Translations under genes and position numbers: made by a program
In this document: positions 9,851 through 20,477 of the stretch, one piece after another
Numbering within the stretch: position 1 is the first letter of the stretch
How the letters are laid out: each line of letters begins with the position of its first letter
DNA from: an uncultured Clostridia bacterium
GTDB taxonomy: Bacteria; Bacillota; Clostridia; Christensenellales; UBA1242
Reading direction: 5' to 3'
DNA length: 64,000 nt
NCBI GenBank assembly: GCA_944382715.1
Contig: CALWNC010000001.1
Location: 224,104 to 288,103 of the forward strand
The notes under the pieces: model-generated
The model's input: only the letters and a program-made list of their open reading frames with translations
Told to the model about the DNA's origin: nothing
The model's database searches: none

Positions 9851-10363
9851 ATGAAAATTAATCTGTACTTACTTGGAATAATTTCCATTATTGTTTTAAT
9901 AATTTTACCAATCTTAATTTTTGAAGCGACAAATCGAAATCAACTTCTTAGGAAAAAGCTTATGTTTATTTTTGCCGTTTTTTATTTTGTCCTACTTATT
10001 GCTGGCACAATTTGCAAGATTGATAATGATTATCCCTACTTAATATTCTCATTTGACTTTACTCAGCCTTGGTTTAAAATAAAATTTATGTTATTTAACT
10101 TTGGAATTTCAAATATATTAATAAATCTTGGAATGTTTATTCCACTTGGATACATTGTTGTTACTTTTTCACCTAAAAAATATTTTTTTAAAACTATTAT
10201 TTTGAGTTTTTTGCTCAGTATTATTATTGAACTTTATCAGTGGATTTTGCCTATAACAAGAGACAGTGAAATTGGTGACATTATTTTGAACAGCCTTAGT
10301 GGAGTAATGTCTGCCTGCTGGTGTAAAATTTTGGAGAAACTAAATGTTAAATTTATTTCTTAA
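9851..10363 (+). CDS. VanZ-like membrane protein
   Basis: 170 aa with 4-5 TM segments. The C-terminal RDSEIGDIILNSLSGV resembles the VanZ-family signature. Confidence 0.45.
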   Translation: MKINLYLLGIISIIVLIILPILIFEATNRNQLLRKKLMFIFAVFYFVLLIAGTICKIDNDYPYLIFSFDFTQPWFKIKFMLFNFGISNILINLGMFIPLGYIVVTFSPKKYFFKTIILSFLLSIIIELYQWILPITRDSEIGDIILNSLSGVMSACWCKILEKLNVKFIS

Positions 10364-10619
10364 AATGTATCATTTTATCTATATTCTCAATTTGGGCTAT
10401 GATTAATTCAATAAAAATTAAATTGTCAAAAATAAAAACAATAATAATTATGAATAATATTTAAATTTGAGTTTAATTGTAAAAAAGTCATTAATTTAAA
10501 AAAATTATACAAAAAAAAGACATTTATAAAGCAAATATTAATTGTTTTATTAATGTCTTTTTTAAGTTTGTATCAATAAATTCTATCCAATCAAATTTTT
10601 TCACTTTCAAAAAAATTTA

Positions 10620-11969
10620 TTAATCTTCTGCTTCGCTTTCTTCTCTACTAACTGTCAAATTAAGTTTTTGAATTCTATCATCGTCAAAATTTACTACTTC
10701 AAATGTTAAATATGTCGTAATTGTTATATAATTACTATTTTCATCAAGAATATCGTCCTTTGCAGTAATCTTTACAACTGTGCCCTTTTTTGGCATCGTT
10801 TCAGAAAGCTCATAAATCATACCACCAACTGATGAATACTTTGTTTCTGGAAGGTGTTCAATTCCAAGATAATCAAACAAATCTTCAATTGAAATATCTG
10901 GGTCAACACTATATTTATTCTCTTCAAGTTTTTGGATAGGTGCATCTTCTGCTTCATCATGCTCGTCATATATCTCGCCAAGCATAAGTTCAAGTGCATC
11001 TTCAAGGGTAACAATTCCACTAGTTCCACCATATTCATCAACCACTATTGCCATATGCTTTTTTTCTTTCTGCATAATTTTTATTAGATCGTCGACTTTC
11101 ATAGTTTCAGTAACCTTGAGAGGTTCAGACAAGAGATTTTCAAGTTTAAAATCATTACCATTATAATTTAAAGCAAAGAAATCTTTATAGTTTAGTATGC
11201 CAATAATATTATCTTTGTCGCCATCATAAATAGGTATTCTTGAATAATGATACGAAGTGAACGCCTGTTTGATTTCATCTAAACTAGAATCAAGTGCTAG
11301 TGCAAGCATATCAACCCTTGGAACTAAAATATCATAAACCGTCTTTTCACTTAAATCTAATGCCCCATGAATTATGTCTGCATTCTCACTATCTATTGTA
11401 CCTTGATTTTCCATAGTGTCTACAATAGTTTCAAATTCATTTTCAGTTATTCTAGCTTCTTCCTTATTTTTCACAAATAGCCCTTGGAATTTATAGAAAG
11501 GCCAAGCTATAATATAGAGAATTTTCATACAAACATAGAGTCCCCCACCAAATTTTAAGACAAATTTTTCAGGATTACTCTTCGCATAACTTTTTGGTAA
11601 AATTTCACCAAAAATGAGAATTACAATTGTCATTACTACTGTGTTAACTAGGTTTGAAATAGTTGGATTTATTATAAATTTTGAGAAAAAATAAGCACAA
11701 ATTGTTGTATTTGCTATGTTTACTAAGTTGTTGCCAACTAAAACGCAAACGAGTGCAAAATCGTAGTGATCACAAATGTATTGGGCTTTTCTTGCACCTT
11801 TTGCATTTTCATCGGCAAGAGATTTAATCCTCATTGTGTTAACTGATGAAAATGCCATTTCATTTGCTGATAAAAATGCTGAAACAACTAGCAAAAGAAC
11901 AATTCCTAGTATTGAAAGACCATCAGCCATTGTAAATTTTGTAGATAATAAAAACCGCTCGAGATACAT
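10620..11969 (-). CDS. CNNM/HlyC/CorC-family transporter (DUF21 + CBS pair + CorC_HlyC)
   Basis: 449 aa. N-terminal 4-TM domain, central CBS-like region, and C-terminal transporter-associated domain (YSSVGGMIYELSETMPKKG). Confidence 0.75.
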   Translation of the reverse strand: MYLERFLLSTKFTMADGLSILGIVLLLVVSAFLSANEMAFSSVNTMRIKSLADENAKGARKAQYICDHYDFALVCVLVGNNLVNIANTTICAYFFSKFIINPTISNLVNTVVMTIVILIFGEILPKSYAKSNPEKFVLKFGGGLYVCMKILYIIAWPFYKFQGLFVKNKEEARITENEFETIVDTMENQGTIDSENADIIHGALDLSEKTVYDILVPRVDMLALALDSSLDEIKQAFTSYHYSRIPIYDGDKDNIIGILNYKDFFALNYNGNDFKLENLLSEPLKVTETMKVDDLIKIMQKEKKHMAIVVDEYGGTSGIVTLEDALELMLGEIYDEHDEAEDAPIQKLEENKYSVDPDISIEDLFDYLGIEHLPETKYSSVGGMIYELSETMPKKGTVVKITAKDDILDENSNYITITTYLTFEVVNFDDDRIQKLNLTVSREESEAED

Positions 11970-12305
11970 AAAAAATAAACTCCTAAAAAATTTTAACTAA
12001 CTTTTCATTTGAGTTAATATGCAATTATTGATATTATAATTTTTCTTTTCGTAAAAAATTTATTTTCACTTGCATTATTTTTAGTGCAAATTTATTCGTC
12101 ATTACAATTTATTATTAATTCAATTAAAATATTAATGTTTAGCCAAATAATTGTTACTAAAAAATTTTTAACTCAGTATAATTGTTAATAAATTAATTAT
12201 ATAGTATAATTTGTATCTTGTAAACAAAATTTAAAGCAATGATTTACATTTGTGATACAATTATTTTGACAAAATTAAAATTGCAGTATAAACTATAGAT
12301 AGATT

Positions 12306-13178
12306 ATGGAGAATTTTAATAATAGAGAAGAAATTATAACAAACATAAAAAACCTATCTAAACTAAAAAGCATTTCATCGGAAGAAGTTTCTCTTGCAAA
12401 AAATCTTGTTGACAACAAATGTAAAATTCAAGATCTGTTTATTTGTGAAGGACTTTGGGCAGTAGACAAACTTATCTTAAAAAATTTTGAAGTTATGTAT
12501 TTTTTTTACAATCAAGATGGTCTTGAGAATGTAACTGACGATAAGCTTGCAAAAATTATCAAAATGGCAAAATATGCTAAAAATACCTTTGCGATTTCTG
12601 AAAAGGCATGCAAAAAAATTAGTGACAGAGACGGTTTTGATGAATATTTTATAGTTGCCAAATTCCCTAAAATTTCTCTTGAAACACTTGAAAGGCTAAT
12701 TGACAGGAAAGATAATGTTATGGCTATTGTCTTAGATGGCTTGGAACAACCGGGAAACATCGGAGCAATACTTCGCTCTTTTGACTGTGCTGGTGGTGAT
12801 TTTGCAATAATAACCAACAGACAAGCAAAACTTACAAATAGTAGACTTATACGCGCAAGTCTAGGGGCAAGTTTTATGATTCCTTCCATTGAACTTGAAA
12901 TTAGTCAAGCTCAAAACTGGTTAGTTAATAATAATTTTAAATGTTTTGTTACGGACTTAAAGGCAAAAAAGAGTTTTAAAGAAGCCGATTATTCTGGAAG
13001 AGTTGCAATTGTTGCAGGAAATGAACATACGGGAATTTCTCCGTCTTGGAGAAGTGTTCAAAATGCAGAAAGCATTATTATCCCAATGCTCGGCTCATGC
13101 GAATCTCTCAATGTTGGCTTTGCCTCTACCCTAGTTGCCTATGAAGCTGGACTTCAAAAATTTGGAAATAAAAAATAG
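12306..13178 (+). CDS. TrmH/SpoU-family RNA 2'-O-methyltransferase
   Basis: LDGLEQPGNIGAILRS, GNEHTGIS and IPMLGSCESLNVGFA are the three SpoU motifs. Confidence 0.8.
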   Translation: MENFNNREEIITNIKNLSKLKSISSEEVSLAKNLVDNKCKIQDLFICEGLWAVDKLILKNFEVMYFFYNQDGLENVTDDKLAKIIKMAKYAKNTFAISEKACKKISDRDGFDEYFIVAKFPKISLETLERLIDRKDNVMAIVLDGLEQPGNIGAILRSFDCAGGDFAIITNRQAKLTNSRLIRASLGASFMIPSIELEISQAQNWLVNNNFKCFVTDLKAKKSFKEADYSGRVAIVAGNEHTGISPSWRSVQNAESIIIPMLGSCESLNVGFASTLVAYEAGLQKFGNKK

Positions 13179-13188
13179 GAGACAATTT

Positions 13189-15126
13189 ATGGATATTGTT
13201 ACAAAATCATTAAACTATTTAAAATCCCTCACGGCTGAAACCATTTCTTTTGCTAGATCTGGTCACACTGGTTCTGCACTTGGTGCAAGTTCAATTTTAT
13301 TTGCACTATTTCACAACCACCTACAGTTTGACTGCACTGGAAACAATTGGCCTAACCGTGATAGATTTGTTCTTTCAGCAGGACATTCAAGTGCACTTTT
13401 ATACTCCCTTTTTTATATGTTTGGATATCCAATAACCATTAATGACCTTAAAAATTTTAGACGATATGGTTCAAAAACTCCTGGACACCCAGAATATGGT
13501 GTGACGGAAGGTGTAGAAACAACAACTGGACCACTTGGTCAGGGCGTTGCGACTGCCGTGGGTCTTGCTCTTGCAGCAGAGAAAATGAATGCAATTTCGC
13601 CTAACCTTTTTAACAATTACACTTATGTTTATGCTGGTGACGGCTGTTTAATGGAGGGTGTGGCACAGGAAGCTTGTTCTCTCGCTGGCAAACTATGCCT
13701 AAAAAATCTCATACTTCTCTATGACGACAATGATGTTACACTTGACGGCGACAAGTCAATTTCTAATAACGAAAACACTGTTAAAAAATTTGAAGCAATG
13801 GGCTGGGACACAATTGTCGTTGAAAAGGGAAATGATTATAACGAATGTTCAAAGGCAATTGCCCGTGCAAAAACAAATCACCGACCAACTCTAATTTTGT
13901 TTAGAACTATTATTGGAATTGGCACAACAAAACAAGGAACCTGTGGTGTACATGGATATCCTCTTCCAGAGACAGAACTTAAAACTTTTAAGCAAAATAT
14001 GGAAATCACAGATGACTTTTTTGTTCCAGATGATGTTTTAGCATTTTGCCGTGAAGCAACTGAAAAAAATAACAAGCTAATTTCAAAGTGGAATGAGTTT
14101 TACGAAAAAGACAAGGCAAATATTGATAAGGCACTAAAACAAAATAGCAGATATAACCTAACTGACCTTTGTAAAAAAATTAGCACTGCAAATCCTGAAA
14201 TTACTGGAAGAGATGTGTCAAATATAATTTTAAATGAGCTTTATAATTTATTCCCATTTTTTGGGGGTTCGGCAGACCTTGCTTCTTCAACAAAGGCATT
14301 TATAAAAAATGTGCCAGAGTATGAGGAAGATGCACTTAGTGGCAACAACATAAGGTTTGGAGTTAGAGAGCACGCAATGGGTGCTGTCGCAAATGGTATT
14401 GCCCTTTACTACAAATTTTTAGCTTTTGACAGCACATTTGTTTCTTTTTCAAATTATATGATTCCAGCATTAAGGCTCCGTGCAATGATGGGTATTCCAG
14501 TGCTTTCAATTATGACTCATGACTCTATAAATATTGGCGAAGATGGTCCAACTCATCAGCCAATAGAACAAATTCCTCAAATGAGAAGTATTGTTGGACT
14601 TACCGTATTTAGACCTGCAACCATAGCTGAAGTTATGGCGGGATATAAGTATTTCGTTACTAAACAAAAGCCAACTGTACTTGCTCTTACTAAAACAAAA
14701 ATCTCTAATCCTAAGTACTCAACGGTTGATAAGGCTGATAAGGGTGGATATATCATTTATGAAACTGAAAAAGCCCCTACTATTGAAATTATCGCAACTG
14801 GAACAGAGGTTTATCTTGCAATTGAAGTTGCTACTAAACTTGAAAAGTATGGTGCAAGAGTTATTTCAATGCCTTGCGAATCAATATTTGATAAACAGAC
14901 TGAAAATTATAAGTCAAAAATTTTATTAGAAAATCCAAAACTAAAAGTTGCAATAGAAGCCACAAATGACAATGTTTGGTATAAATATATTGGAGAAAAT
15001 GGCTTGCTAATAAATATAAATAGTTATCAACATAGTGGAAATGGCAAAGAGGTTTATGAAAAGGCAGGCTTTGAAAGTGAAAGAATTGTAAAAGAAATTC
15101 GTGAAAAACTAAAAAAGGTTAATTAA
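13189..15126 (+). CDS. tkt: transketolase
   Basis: SGHTGSALGAS and GDGCLMEG are ThDP motifs. Full-length at ~645 aa. The ATG at 13189 follows AGGAGA; the longer ORF from 13135 overlaps the trmH-like gene. Confidence 0.9.
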   Translation: MDIVTKSLNYLKSLTAETISFARSGHTGSALGASSILFALFHNHLQFDCTGNNWPNRDRFVLSAGHSSALLYSLFYMFGYPITINDLKNFRRYGSKTPGHPEYGVTEGVETTTGPLGQGVATAVGLALAAEKMNAISPNLFNNYTYVYAGDGCLMEGVAQEACSLAGKLCLKNLILLYDDNDVTLDGDKSISNNENTVKKFEAMGWDTIVVEKGNDYNECSKAIARAKTNHRPTLILFRTIIGIGTTKQGTCGVHGYPLPETELKTFKQNMEITDDFFVPDDVLAFCREATEKNNKLISKWNEFYEKDKANIDKALKQNSRYNLTDLCKKISTANPEITGRDVSNIILNELYNLFPFFGGSADLASSTKAFIKNVPEYEEDALSGNNIRFGVREHAMGAVANGIALYYKFLAFDSTFVSFSNYMIPALRLRAMMGIPVLSIMTHDSINIGEDGPTHQPIEQIPQMRSIVGLTVFRPATIAEVMAGYKYFVTKQKPTVLALTKTKISNPKYSTVDKADKGGYIIYETEKAPTIEIIATGTEVYLAIEVATKLEKYGARVISMPCESIFDKQTENYKSKILLENPKLKVAIEATNDNVWYKYIGENGLLININSYQHSGNGKEVYEKAGFESERIVKEIREKLKKVN

Positions 15127-15172
15127 AAAAGCTTACACCAAATTTATTTTTAAATAATGGCTTTTATATTAA

Positions 15173-15206
15173 AAAACTCTATCAGCTTTGATAGAGTTTT
15201 TTTAAT
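15173..15206 (+). terminator. intrinsic terminator after tkt
   Basis: AAAACTCTATCA gctt TGATAGAGTTTT followed by a T-run. Confidence 0.8.
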
Positions 15207-15569
15207 TATAAAAAATATCAAAAAATTAAAAAATATATTTGAAATGAACAATCCAAAGTTGGCTTACTAATATATTATGCATTTAATGAGTATACCTTGT
15301 CTATCCCCACTCTTTCATCTCTTAATTTGTCAATAAAATATAATTGCTTTTAAAGCGAAGAAAATAAAACAAGTTATTTTTCGTAAAACCAAGTAATTTT
15401 TGTTAAGTTATTTGAATATTTTTTTATTAGTTTTAGCCTACAATAATGGTAGTAACTTATTTTTTGCAAAAAATGCAACCTTTTGGCATAAAATCTTAAT
15501 TTTGGTTTACAATTTTAGTAAAATTATTTACTATTTAAGTATATAGAAATTCTTGTTGGGGTGGTCACT

Positions 15570-18500
15570 ATGAAAAAAAAGTTTATTTTTACATTACTTT
15601 TATCACTACTTTGTGTTAGTAGCATTTTTTCATTTAAAGCAACTACAACCACAAATGCAATTTCTGAGCAGGCTGAAATTAATGTGGTAATAACAAATAG
15701 TGGCTCTAATTTCTCTGCAACTTCAAGTGAAATTGAAATCTCAGGAGTTTTTTCTTCTTTTGAGCAGATTTTAAACGAAGTGAAATTGCACGCAAATGAA
15801 GAGACATTGGTGTCTATTGAGTTTGCAAATTTTAATTTGAGTAACACAACAAATAACACGCTTGTCATTAACTCCACCTTCCCGGTTGTAATCTCTGGAA
15901 ACATAGTATCAAGTGAAAGCGAACCTATCTTTACGCTTTATTCAAGTGCCAGCGTTTGCTTTGAAAACATAACTTTTGAAAGCAGTCTAGCAAACAATAT
16001 TATTAGCATTTCCTCAAATTCAATCGTTACATTTGGCGAAAATATAAACTATACAAATTCAAATTCTTCTTCACTGCCTAATCTCATAAACTTTATCTCT
16101 GGTGCATCAATTACTCTTACAGAAAACTGTAACTCAAATATTAAAATTTTACTTTCTGACTTTGCAACAAATGAAAAGATAATTTCTTGCACGAGATCCC
16201 AATCAGAGTTAATTTCTCTTTACTCTCCGTCATCAAGTGCCTACACAATTGAAAGTAGTTATATGTCTAATCAAGGTGGGGTATGTGCAAGCACTTACAT
16301 AAATTTTAGATTTATGACTAATGGTGGAAGTTACACGAACATAAATGCTTCTAATTACTACGAAGAAAGCACAACGGGTGACTACATCATAACCTACCCT
16401 TATAATCAAATTAACTTTGGGTATAAAGACTTTAACACACAAGGTACAATTAGTAAAGATTATTCTATCTTTAATGGTTGGTTTGGCATATGTGAACTTA
16501 ATAATATTACCTATTATTTTGACTGCCAAATGCTATCTGACTTTTTAAATTCAAACTCAAATTTTTCTCAAATTGGCAGATTTTTCACCACTGACATAAA
16601 TAATCTTTCAAATGACTATAGCATTCTAGGCTATTCAAATGAAGACACTACAAGTTTAAATCTATACAAACATTTTGAGTTTTTCTATCAAAATAATTTA
16701 GAGCCAACATATATAGCAAAATGGACATATGAAACCTTTAAAATAGATTTTGTAACAAACAGTGATGATGCTATAGATTCTTTATCAGTCCAATATCTTG
16801 ATAACATACCTCAACTGCCCGTACTAGAAAAAACTGGTTATGACTTTGACGGCTGGTTCACTGACAGAGATTTTAATACTGCATTTAACTATGTGACGAT
16901 GCCTGCAACAAATATTACACTTTACGCAAAGTGGACACTTAAAACACATGAAATTAAATTTAACCTAGGTTATTCTGAATCAATACCATCACTTGAATTA
17001 CATTTTGGCGAAGAAATAACTCTTCCTGAAAACCCACAAAGAGAAGGTTACGACTTTGACGGGTGGTTTATAGATGAAAATTTTGAAACAGAATTTAATT
17101 TGACTACAATGCCAGATGATAGCTTAACACTTTATGCCAAATGGAACATTAAATATTTTTCAATTTTTGTCTTTAACAATATTTCACAATCAGGCATTTC
17201 AATTGACGGACTTGCCTACGGCTCTAGTTTCCCAGAACTTTCTCCATACACTCTAACCGGCTATGAGTTTATTGGCTGGTATAATGAGAAAAATCTTGAA
17301 ACTGAATTTATCGTTCCTGCCACCGTTACTTCAGATGTATTTATTTATGCTGGGCTATCCCCTATTATATATACAATTAATTTTGTTACTAATTCAGAAA
17401 TTGTAATTGACAAAATAAGTGGGCACTATCAAGATTCAATTACTTTACCAACCAATCTTCAAAAATCTAATTATAAATTTATGGGTTGGTACCAAAACGC
17501 AGACTTTACTATAGAGTTTAACTCACAAACAATGCCAGCAGAAAACATTACACTTTATGCTAAATGGGAAGAGAAGCAAACTCTTGACATTTCACTTTCT
17601 AAGCAATCTTATGTATATGAAGAAACACATGCCGTTTATCAAAATACAACGGGGCTGTCTGGTTGCAAAATTTACTATTTAGTAAATGGTGAGTGGAGCT
17701 TAGATGTACCAACTGAAATTGGAGAGTATGACATTAGGTTGACTAGAGATGAAGATGCAAACTATAAAGCAGTTGACTTGATACTTGAAAAGGGCTTTTC
17801 TATTGTTACCCCTACAACAAGTGTTACTTGGATTATTGCATTTTTCTACATTGCCCTTGTTGCTGAAATTGTCGTTTCAATTTTCGTTAGAATTCTTAGA
17901 AAAAGGAAAATGTCTGCAACATTTGTATTTATTGGAACTATTTTCATTACCAACTCTCAATTCGCTCATCTAATTATTAGTGGTGGACTTTGTCTTGCAG
18001 GATTTATTTATATGGTTTATCAAATTGTAGAACTTACTAGAACTGTCAACAATGAAAACTTTGCTCCATCAAAGGAAGACAACAGAGAAAGATTTAAAAA
18101 TGAACTTGTGTTCCAAAATGACAAGAAAAATTCAGATCTTGAATTTACCACTCAGACAAAAACTGATGAGTCATTTGGGGATAAATACTCAAATAGCGAC
18201 ATTCTTTCAATGCTTGAAAAGGACACATTTGCAGAAAAGTATAACTATACAAGAAAAGAAGATGATGAAAGCTCAATTTATGATAGTTATTATGATGACG
18301 ACACGCCGTTAAATGAAGATGATAGTAATAGTGAAAATATTATGCCACAATCGCACTACGATATAATCAATAAGGCAAATGGCGAAAATCAGCAAAATGA
18401 AGAAAGTGATTACAATCATACTGAAAATAATGAAAATGAAAGCACTGAAAATGAAAATAGTGCAAATTCTACAATTGAAAGTGAAGATAACCTTGAAAAC

Positions 18501-18629
18501 TCTCTTAATTCAAACCTAGAAAATAAAAATTCAAAACATTCGTCATTTATTGGTAGTGATAATCAAACTGAAAGTGACAAAAAAGATTATTCAAACAACA
18601 ACCTAACCGATGACGGAGAAGAGAAATAA
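15570..18629 (+). CDS. surface protein with ~5 Listeria-Bacteroides (Flg_new) repeats, C-terminal TM anchor and acidic low-complexity tail
   Basis: Signal peptide MKKKFIFTLLLSLL. Repeated GYDFDGWF...TMP...ITLYAKW units. TM segments at ~aa 750-830. Asn/Glu/Ser-rich tail. Confidence 0.75.
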   Translation: MKKKFIFTLLLSLLCVSSIFSFKATTTTNAISEQAEINVVITNSGSNFSATSSEIEISGVFSSFEQILNEVKLHANEETLVSIEFANFNLSNTTNNTLVINSTFPVVISGNIVSSESEPIFTLYSSASVCFENITFESSLANNIISISSNSIVTFGENINYTNSNSSSLPNLINFISGASITLTENCNSNIKILLSDFATNEKIISCTRSQSELISLYSPSSSAYTIESSYMSNQGGVCASTYINFRFMTNGGSYTNINASNYYEESTTGDYIITYPYNQINFGYKDFNTQGTISKDYSIFNGWFGICELNNITYYFDCQMLSDFLNSNSNFSQIGRFFTTDINNLSNDYSILGYSNEDTTSLNLYKHFEFFYQNNLEPTYIAKWTYETFKIDFVTNSDDAIDSLSVQYLDNIPQLPVLEKTGYDFDGWFTDRDFNTAFNYVTMPATNITLYAKWTLKTHEIKFNLGYSESIPSLELHFGEEITLPENPQREGYDFDGWFIDENFETEFNLTTMPDDSLTLYAKWNIKYFSIFVFNNISQSGISIDGLAYGSSFPELSPYTLTGYEFIGWYNEKNLETEFIVPATVTSDVFIYAGLSPIIYTINFVTNSEIVIDKISGHYQDSITLPTNLQKSNYKFMGWYQNADFTIEFNSQTMPAENITLYAKWEEKQTLDISLSKQSYVYEETHAVYQNTTGLSGCKIYYLVNGEWSLDVPTEIGEYDIRLTRDEDANYKAVDLILEKGFSIVTPTTSVTWIIAFFYIALVAEIVVSIFVRILRKRKMSATFVFIGTIFITNSQFAHLIISGGLCLAGFIYMVYQIVELTRTVNNENFAPSKEDNRERFKNELVFQNDKKNSDLEFTTQTKTDESFGDKYSNSDILSMLEKDTFAEKYNYTRKEDDESSIYDSYYDDDTPLNEDDSNSENIMPQSHYDIINKANGENQQNEESDYNHTENNENESTENENSANSTIESEDNLENSLNSNLENKNSKHSSFIGSDNQTESDKKDYSNNNLTDDGEEK

Positions 18630-18915
18630 ACTTTTGTATAAGCAAAATAGATTGTAAAAACAAAAAATTGTTCCTACCCTTGTGGCTTGGAGCAATTTTT
18701 TACTTTTTTGTTTTTATTAAAAATTTTAAAATTCCTTTTCCTATTTTTGTTTAATATTTTTCTTTATTGTTTTTAGTTTTTCTAACCTTAATTTACTTTT
18801 TATATTTATATTTATGTTTTAGATATTTTTTGTGGATTTTAATTTGCAGTTAAATATAGTAATTTAAATTAAAAAAACCACTTGACTTATTCATTTTGCA
18901 ATTAAATTTTTTATC

Positions 18916-18944
18916 TTTACATTTTCAAAAAAATATATTAGAAT
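18916..18944 (+). promoter_or_regulatory. candidate promoter
   Basis: TTTACA (18916-18921), 17-nt spacer, TAGAAT (18939-18944), upstream of 18980. Confidence 0.4.
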
Positions 18945-18979
18945 TTACCTTATAGACTTTTAATAATAAGGACAAATTT

Positions 18980-19756
18980 ATGGAAAAGAAAAAAAACATT
19001 TTCGCTAGGATATTTTGCAAGATTGGTAGATTTTTCAAGTTTATAATTTTAAGTGTAATTTTTGGAATTTTAATAGTGTTCGTTTATCCCTTTTTTAAAT
19101 GCAAAGTTTCAGGCAAAGAAAATGTTAACGAAGATGATGAGGCAAGAGTTTTTATATATAACCACTATGAAATGTTTGGTCCAGCAGCAACGGTCTTTAA
19201 TTTTCCTTATAAATTCAGACCTTGGATAATAGACAAAATGATTAATGAAAAGACTGTCGAAGAGCAAATGGGTCTTTTGATTTATAGCCAGTATAAAGGC
19301 GTGCCAAAATGGATAAAAAAAATTATTCTCAAATGCGTAAAAAGTATTATGGTCTATGCAATGAAGGCATTTAAAGGTATTCCCGTTTCTAGAGATAATC
19401 TAAGAGCAAATCTTGAAACTATGAAAATTTCTAGTGAAACACTCTCACAGGGTAAAGCCGTTTTAATTGGACCAGAAAAATACTATGTTAAAGAAGGTGT
19501 TGGACCCTTTATGATGGGCTTTGAACACATTGGCAAATATCACTATCAAAAAACTGGCAAAAGAATTTCTTTTTATCCAATGTTTATCTCTTACAAACAG
19601 CGCACAATTTACATAGGTAAACCCATAAAATATGACCCAGAAAAAGAAACTAACCTACAAAAGCTAGAAATTGTGAAATATCTTAGAAATGAAGTTGTAA
19701 ATCTTTACTTTGACAATGAAATCGTTAAACCTTTAAGGAAAAATAAAAAATTGTAA
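18980..19756 (+). CDS. membrane protein, weakly acyltransferase (PlsC)-like
   Basis: 258 aa with an N-terminal TM. NHYEMFGP resembles a degenerate NHxxxxD acyltransferase motif. Weak call. Confidence 0.3.
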   Translation: MEKKKNIFARIFCKIGRFFKFIILSVIFGILIVFVYPFFKCKVSGKENVNEDDEARVFIYNHYEMFGPAATVFNFPYKFRPWIIDKMINEKTVEEQMGLLIYSQYKGVPKWIKKIILKCVKSIMVYAMKAFKGIPVSRDNLRANLETMKISSETLSQGKAVLIGPEKYYVKEGVGPFMMGFEHIGKYHYQKTGKRISFYPMFISYKQRTIYIGKPIKYDPEKETNLQKLEIVKYLRNEVVNLYFDNEIVKPLRKNKKL

Positions 19757-19815
19757 TTTGGCATTTTCTTGAATACTTATTTTAAAGTTTCCCATAATTA
19801 ATATGGAGGAACATT

Positions 19816-20286
19816 ATGGATAATAAAGATTGTAACAAAAGTAATTGTGGTAGACAACTTTCTAAAAGAAACAGAAATGAATCCAGTTTTTTTGACCCAT
19901 TTTTTGATGGATTTTTTAGATTTCCAAGTTTAAATAGTCAAATGAAAGAACTAGAATCTGTTATGAGAGCTGACATTCACGAAACTGAAAACGAATACAA
20001 GATTGAAATTGAGCTTCCGGGTTTTAACAGAAAAGATATCGACATTGAACTTAAAAATGGATATCTAACAGTTGAGGCAAGCCGAGAAATCGACTCAAAT
20101 GACAGTGAAAACTCAAACAAAAACTATATTCGAAGAGAAAGATTTTATGGTTCACAGGCAAGGTCCTTTTATGTTGGGGACATTAAAAGAGAAGACATTT
20201 CTGCCCATTTAGATAGTGGAATTTTACACATCTGTTTCCCAAAAGAAAAAGATAATGAAAACTCAAAAAAGATTGAAATTAAATAA
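19816..20286 (+). CDS. Hsp20/alpha-crystallin small heat-shock protein
   Basis: DIHETENEYKIEIELPGFNRKDIDIELKNGYLTVEA ... RRERFYGSQARSFYV is a typical ACD core. Confidence 0.85.
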   Translation: MDNKDCNKSNCGRQLSKRNRNESSFFDPFFDGFFRFPSLNSQMKELESVMRADIHETENEYKIEIELPGFNRKDIDIELKNGYLTVEASREIDSNDSENSNKNYIRRERFYGSQARSFYVGDIKREDISAHLDSGILHICFPKEKDNENSKKIEIK

Positions 20287-20346
20287 TATTAAAATCTATG
20301 CAGTAAATTAGTTTGCGTTAGTTTTTGAATTTAATTTCCTTTACTT

Positions 20347-20376
20347 GAACTTGAATTTAAATTCAAGTTCTTTTTA
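20347..20376 (+). terminator. intrinsic terminator
   Basis: Perfect palindrome GAACTTGAATTT/AAATTCAAGTTC followed by TTTTT. Confidence 0.8.
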
Positions 20377-20477
20377 TTTGTTTTCTTTTTTAGTCAGCAA
20401 AATTTTTTATCAATCAAAAATTATTGACAATTACAAAAAAACTCTTTATAATTAGTCACATTTATTGGAGAAAAATT

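Noticed and set aside
19757-19815. CIRCE (HrcA) operator upstream of hsp20
   Set aside because: No TTAGCACTC-N9-GAGTGCTAA-like inverted repeat is present.
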